This document shows, one piece after another, positions 59,641-64,000 of a DNA stretch of 64,000 nt. This stretch comes from an uncultured Gemmatimonadaceae bacterium (lineage in GTDB: Bacteria; Gemmatimonadota; Gemmatimonadetes; Gemmatimonadales; Gemmatimonadaceae), in the NCBI GenBank assembly GCA_963740355.1, contig CAVUDW010000003.1:2496001-2560000 (forward strand). The letters are read 5' to 3'. Each line of letters starts with the position of its first letter. The stretch's first letter is position 1. The notes below the pieces were generated by a model. The model was not told the origin of the DNA, did not search any database, and saw only the letters and a list, made by a program, of their open reading frames with translations. A program made the translations under genes and the position numbers.

Positions 59641-62071
59641 ATGCTGCGACTTTTGCTGCTGGGTGGTGCGACGATCGAGCGTGATGACGGGGCGCCGCTC
59701 ACCGGTCGCGCCGTGCAGCGGCATCGGGTGGCCATCCTTGCGCTGCTCGCGACCGGCCCGTCAGGTGGGATCAGCAGGGACAAGCTGCTCGGACTCTTGT
59801 GGCCTGACAGCGACACGGATCGCGCCAGGAACCTGCTCAACGTTGCGCTCTACGAACTCCGGAAGGCGCTTGGCGACGGCACCATCGTCTCCGCCGGCGA
59901 CGACCTCCGCCTCGACCGGGCACTGTTGACGGCCGATGTGAGCGAGCTCGAGACTGCGGCCGCCGCCGGCGACCACGCCATGGTCGTGGCGCGGTATCGG
60001 GGACCATTCCTCGACGGCTTGCTCCTGTCCGGTGCGCCCGACTTTGAGAAATGGCTCGACGGTGAGCGGTCACGGCTGGCCGCCGTCGTCGCGCGGTCGA
60101 TCGAGGCACTTGCCGCGGCGGCGTCTGAACGCGGCGTCCACGTCGAGTCGGCGGACTGGTGGCGGCGGCGCGCAGCGCTCGACCCGCTCGATGCGCGCGT
60201 GGCGCTGCGTCTGATGCAGGCACTGGAGGCTAGTGGCAATCGCGCTGCGGCGCTGCAGCATGCGCGTGTGCATGCCAGACTGCTGGAATCGGAGATCGGG
60301 CTTGGCCCGGACAGCGGTCTCGAGGCCTATGCTGCCGCACTTAGCCGGCTGCCGGCGTCACCCCCGGACGCAACACGCCGCGGGGACGATGCCAGCACAG
60401 GTCGAAACACCGGCCGCGTCGCCCGACAGTGAGGCCGAGGAACCAGCGATCTCCGGTCCGCAGCGTACAGCTCCGCGGAGTCGCACACACCCGACCCGAT
60501 GTCGCCGGCGTCACGCTGGCCACGACGCGTCATGCTGCCGGCAATCCTCGCCATGGTCGCCGTGGTGACGACGCTCGCCGCAGCACGATGGAAGGGGGTG
60601 GATCGCGTCGTCGATGCACCACGATCCATCGCTGTGCTTCCCTTCGTGAACCTGGGCGCTGATCCCAACGACAACTATCTTGGTGACGGATTGACCGAGG
60701 AGCTCACTGCTCGACTCTCCACCGATTCGTCGTTGCGTGTCGTTTCCCGAACGTCGTCGAGTCGGTTCCAGAAGGCCGCGCAGAGTATTCCGGAGATTGC
60801 GCGGGCGCTCGATGTCACGGCCGTGCTCGAGGGGAGTGTGCGGCGAGTCGGCTCGCGATTGCGCGTCACGGCACAACTCATCGATGCACGCGACGATCGG
60901 CATCTCTGGGCGGCGACGTACGACCGTGAACTCGGTGACGTGCTCGCCATGCAGGATCAGCTGGCCCGCGAAGTCGCGCGTGCGCTCGAACCGGCGCTGG
61001 GCAGGACGAGCGATGGCGTCGCGCTTCCGTGGCACGCGTGACGCCGAGGCGCACGATCTGTATCTGCGTGGCCGGTGGCACTGGAAGCGCAGGACTCCCG
61101 AGGGACACGCCCTCGCGATCAACTATTTCCGCGAAGCGATCGCGCGCGACTCCAGCTACGCCGACGCGTACGCGGGTCTCTCCGACGCGGTGTTCACTGC
61201 GTATGTCCTTGGCCACGAGCCGTGGGCCAGCGACGAAGCCGGGACTTTCGCTGCGATGCGGACCGCGTCGGAACGCGCGGTCATGCTCGACCCGGCCTCA
61301 TCTGCTGCACACACATCACTCGCCATCGTACGATGGGCTGAAAGCGACTTGCCTGCCGCCGAGCGATTGCTGCAGCGGGCAATCGATCTCAATTCTGGCA
61401 ATGTCTTCGCGCACAGCTGGTACGGACGGTTGCTCGACATCACCGGCCATCCGAATGAATCGATGATGGAAAGTCGCGCGGCGTGGGAGCGCGAGCCGTT
61501 CGATCTCACGGCAAGTCACAACTATGCGGTGGAGCTCGCAGCGTCTGACAGTGTGCAAGCCTCCAGACGACTATTTCAGCGAACGCTCGATCTCGACTCG
61601 ACGTTCTATCTCTCCCGCGTTGGCTACGCGATTCTGCTGGTGAACACCGGCGATACGCTGCAAGGCGCGCAGCGGCTGATTCGTGTGGCCGGGGATGGGA
61701 AACCGACGGTGCAGGCGCTGGCGAATCTCGCCTGGGCACTCGCGATGCTCGGACGCGCGGACTCGGCCACACGCGTGCTGAACACCGTCAAGTCACGGCT
61801 CACCACTACGACAGCTGCCCGCAACGCCTTCGTGATCGCGCGAGCGTACACTGCACTGCGGCAGCGTGACAGTGCGTTTGCATGGCTCGATCGTGCCGAT
61901 TGGCGTTGGCCCCCTTGGGGCAAGGTGTACGCGAGGGAGCTGTCCCCACTCTGGTCAGACCCGCGCTACGCCATTCTCACTCGCCGCGTCGGTCGTGCGC
62001 TGCATGCTGACGCGACTCGCTACGGGTGGGCAAACCTCACACCACCCCGGGCGCTGGTGATGAGGCCGTGA
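59641..62071 (+). CDS. SARP-type regulator: wHTH-BTAD, TM, TolB-N-like and TPR domains (two frameshifts ~60400 and ~61020)
   Basis: SRDKLLGLLWPD, YRGPFLDG..FEKW, DPLD; SIAVLPFVNL..YLGDGLTEEL..VVSRTSS..LEGSVRR; TPR tail. Confidence 0.88.
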
Positions 62072-62182
62072 CGACACGCGCGTCGCGCGCTGCGCTCATA
62101 CGCCAATCCGGACGTGTCCACCGGCGCGTCACCGACCCTCGGTGGACAGGACCGAACTGTCGACTGCAGTGGGTGGGTGTAC

Positions 62183-62217
62183 GAAAAGCAAAGCGCCCGG
62201 CTCATCACCGGGCGCTT
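62183..62217 (-). terminator. Terminator hairpin downstream of tRNA-Phe
   Basis: AAGCGCCCGG / CCGGGCGCTT 10-bp stem (62191-62217) followed by TGCTTTT on the minus strand. Confidence 0.75.
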
Positions 62218-62232
62218 CGTTGTTTCTGCAAG

Positions 62233-62304
<72 letters not shown>

Positions 62305-62639
62305 AGACCTCTCACTTCGCACCACCCGCACCACCTTCAAGCCGCGCACACTCGCGAGTGCGAGCCAGCGCTCTCTGCGCCCGCGCCAACCGCAGGAGTC
62401 GCGCCACGCCAGCTCCGCAGGTCTCTCGTTGCTAGCCCCATTCCACGCCGTGGCAGACACCCCCGCCTCGATAGCGCGAATTGCCCGTCTCTTGCCCATG
62501 GCACGTTCGCGAATCATGACGCCCCCGCTGAACCCCGGCGGCATCAGCTCGAGCGCAGGTCGTTCAGCTTCGCGAACGGACCGAACCATGCCTTCAAGCG
62601 CCGCGCGGCTCCGGAAGCGGAACTGGAGCTCTAGTGATT

Positions 62640-63085
62640 GCCCGCATGTCAGTGAGGACTGAATGCCCTCGGCGCCGAAGTCGATGCAATCATCAGGATC
62701 GACCGGATGCTTGTCGATGTCGTAGCGTGCCAGTTCGGCCTCAGGGAAATCCTTCAGGTTGAACGTGACGATCGCCTGTGCGCCGGCGCGAACGACCGCG
62801 GCCAGCACATGTCGATCATCAGGATCTGGTAGCGAGATGCCGGTGATCAGGCTCTCAAAATCCTTCACGCTCGCGGCGGGAAGCGCCTTGGTCATCAGCT
62901 CACGAGTGCGCAGGAGCGCCGTCGGATCCAGGTCGGCCTGTTCGCTCGGATGCTGCTGAAGACCTCGTCCAGTATCCGATCCGACCAGCGCGCCTGTACG
63001 TGCCAGTGCGCGCAACGCGTATCAGCAGATCGCGCAGTGAACTCGGATACAGCACGCACGCGTCATAGACGACGGAGAACGGCAC
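62640..63085 (-). CDS. PIN-domain toxin (frameshifted; C-terminus uncertain)
   Basis: VVYDACVLYP..LRDLL, WSDRILDE, LPDPDDRHVLAA..IVTFNLKDFP. Confidence 0.85.
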
Positions 63086-63091
63086 CGTGAT

Positions 63092-63547
63092 TCAAAGCTC
63101 GAAACCGAGATCCTGCGACTGCTGCGAAAGCTCCGCAACGGCTCGGCGCGACTCGGCGTCCTGCTTCTGCCGGTAGGCCGCCAAATCTGCGAAGAGCACT
63201 CGGCGATGCGTCCCAACCATGCGGAAAGGCAGCGCCGCTGACTTGAGCAACGACACCAGGTGTGGTCGCGATACGTTCAGCAGATCTGCCGCCTGTTGCG
63301 TCGTCAGCTCAGCATGCACGGGGACGATTGTCACCGCGTTGCCGTTCGCCATCTGACCGAGAATCTCGAGGAACAGGTCGAAGGCAGCACGAGGCACCGT
63401 CACCGAAGCGTGCTCCGCGCCATCAACCTCGAGGCGGACATGCCGCTCAGCAGCAGCCGAGAGCCGGCTCAGGCCTCGGTGCGCCTGCTGGGCCTCCCGG
63501 GCGGTCTCTTCTGTGGGCAGTTCAACGAGGGATTGCATAGGGGTCAT
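63092..63547 (-). CDS. Excisionase-type HTH antitoxin partner of the PIN toxin
   Basis: ELTTQQAADLLNVSRPHLVSLL..VGTHRRV..DL. Confidence 0.9.
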   Translation of the reverse strand: MTPMQSLVELPTEETAREAQQAHRGLSRLSAAAERHVRLEVDGAEHASVTVPRAAFDLFLEILGQMANGNAVTIVPVHAELTTQQAADLLNVSRPHLVSLLKSAALPFRMVGTHRRVLFADLAAYRQKQDAESRRAVAELSQQSQDLGFEL

Positions 63548-63560
63548 GGTATCCACCAGA

Positions 63561-63593
63561 CGAAACAACCGCAACAACCGAAACAAACGAAAG
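63561..63593. promoter_or_regulatory. 9-bp direct repeats upstream of the HTH-PIN operon (putative operator)
   Basis: CGAAACAAC-CGCAACAAC-CGAAACAAA-CGAAAG, 13 nt upstream of the ATG at 63547. Confidence 0.55.
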
Positions 63594-63654
63594 GTTTCGG
63601 AACGACAGTTGTTAAACCCTGAACACCGCTCGCGGTGCCCCGTTACCGCACCAG

Positions 63655-64000
63655 CTACACCCCGGCCGGCCTCACCCCATACCGAGCCGTAATCACCGAC
63701 TTGATCCCCCCCCTTACCGCAAAATCACCCTTCACCTCGAAAAACGTCGGCTTGGTCAACTTCACCAGGTCATCGAGAATGTGGTTCACCGCCCGCTCAT
63801 AAAAAATCCCGTCGTTCCGGAAGCTCCACAGATACAGCTTGAGCGACTTGAGCTCCACGCAGAACTCGGCCGGCACATACGTCAGGTACATGGTCGCAAA
63901 GTCCGGCGCCCCGCCCTGCAACAAGCTCAACTCCGCCGCATCCGTCTCCACCCCGCCCAACGGACACAGGCTGGTGAACTCGGGACAGATCATGTGGATC
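63655..64000 (-). CDS. queF: NADPH-dependent preQ0 reductase QueF (5' truncated by window)
   Basis: PEFTSLCP..PDFA..Y.P..CVELKSLKLYLWSFRN.GIF.E..RGGI. Confidence 0.95.
   Translation of the reverse strand, partial: IHMICPEFTSLCPLGGVETDAAELSLLQGGAPDFATMYLTYVPAEFCVELKSLKLYLWSFRNDGIFYERAVNHILDDLVKLTKPTFFEVKGDFAVRGGIKSVITARYGVRPAGV

Overview
This is high-GC bacterial DNA whose gene content suggests Gemmatimonadota (inference, not tested). Many single-base indels, including three in transketolase, point to an imperfectly polished long-read assembly. 1-37.3 kb is mostly core/accessory genes: histidine kinases (one with a LOV domain), GMC oxidoreductase, tkt, diguanylate cyclase, FeS-type photolyase, rmuC, VKOR, peptidases, a glycosyltransferase and a LysR-dabBA inorganic-carbon pump. 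Intergenic gaps from 10.7 to 26.7 kb carry three related families of long palindromic or tandem non-coding repeats with no transposase nearby. 37.4-58.4 kb is a mosaic defence island. It holds a PTP-phosphatase/ADP-ribosylglycohydrolase fusion, an overlapping HEPN-like gene and Ser/Thr kinase-SWIB fusion, an HNH nuclease, a type I R-M operon with an embedded GmrSD-like gene, an Abi_C-like gene, a small alarmone hydrolase and two PD-(D/E)XK nucleases. The island ends at a duplicated 3' half of tRNA-Phe (att scar). The rest of the window has a SARP/beta-propeller cassette, tRNA-Phe, an HTH-PIN toxin-antitoxin pair and queF. The best candidates for undescribed biology are the HEPN + kinase-SWIB operon and the palindromic repeat system with its flanking C/G skew. 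All family calls come from motif recognition by eye; no searches were run.
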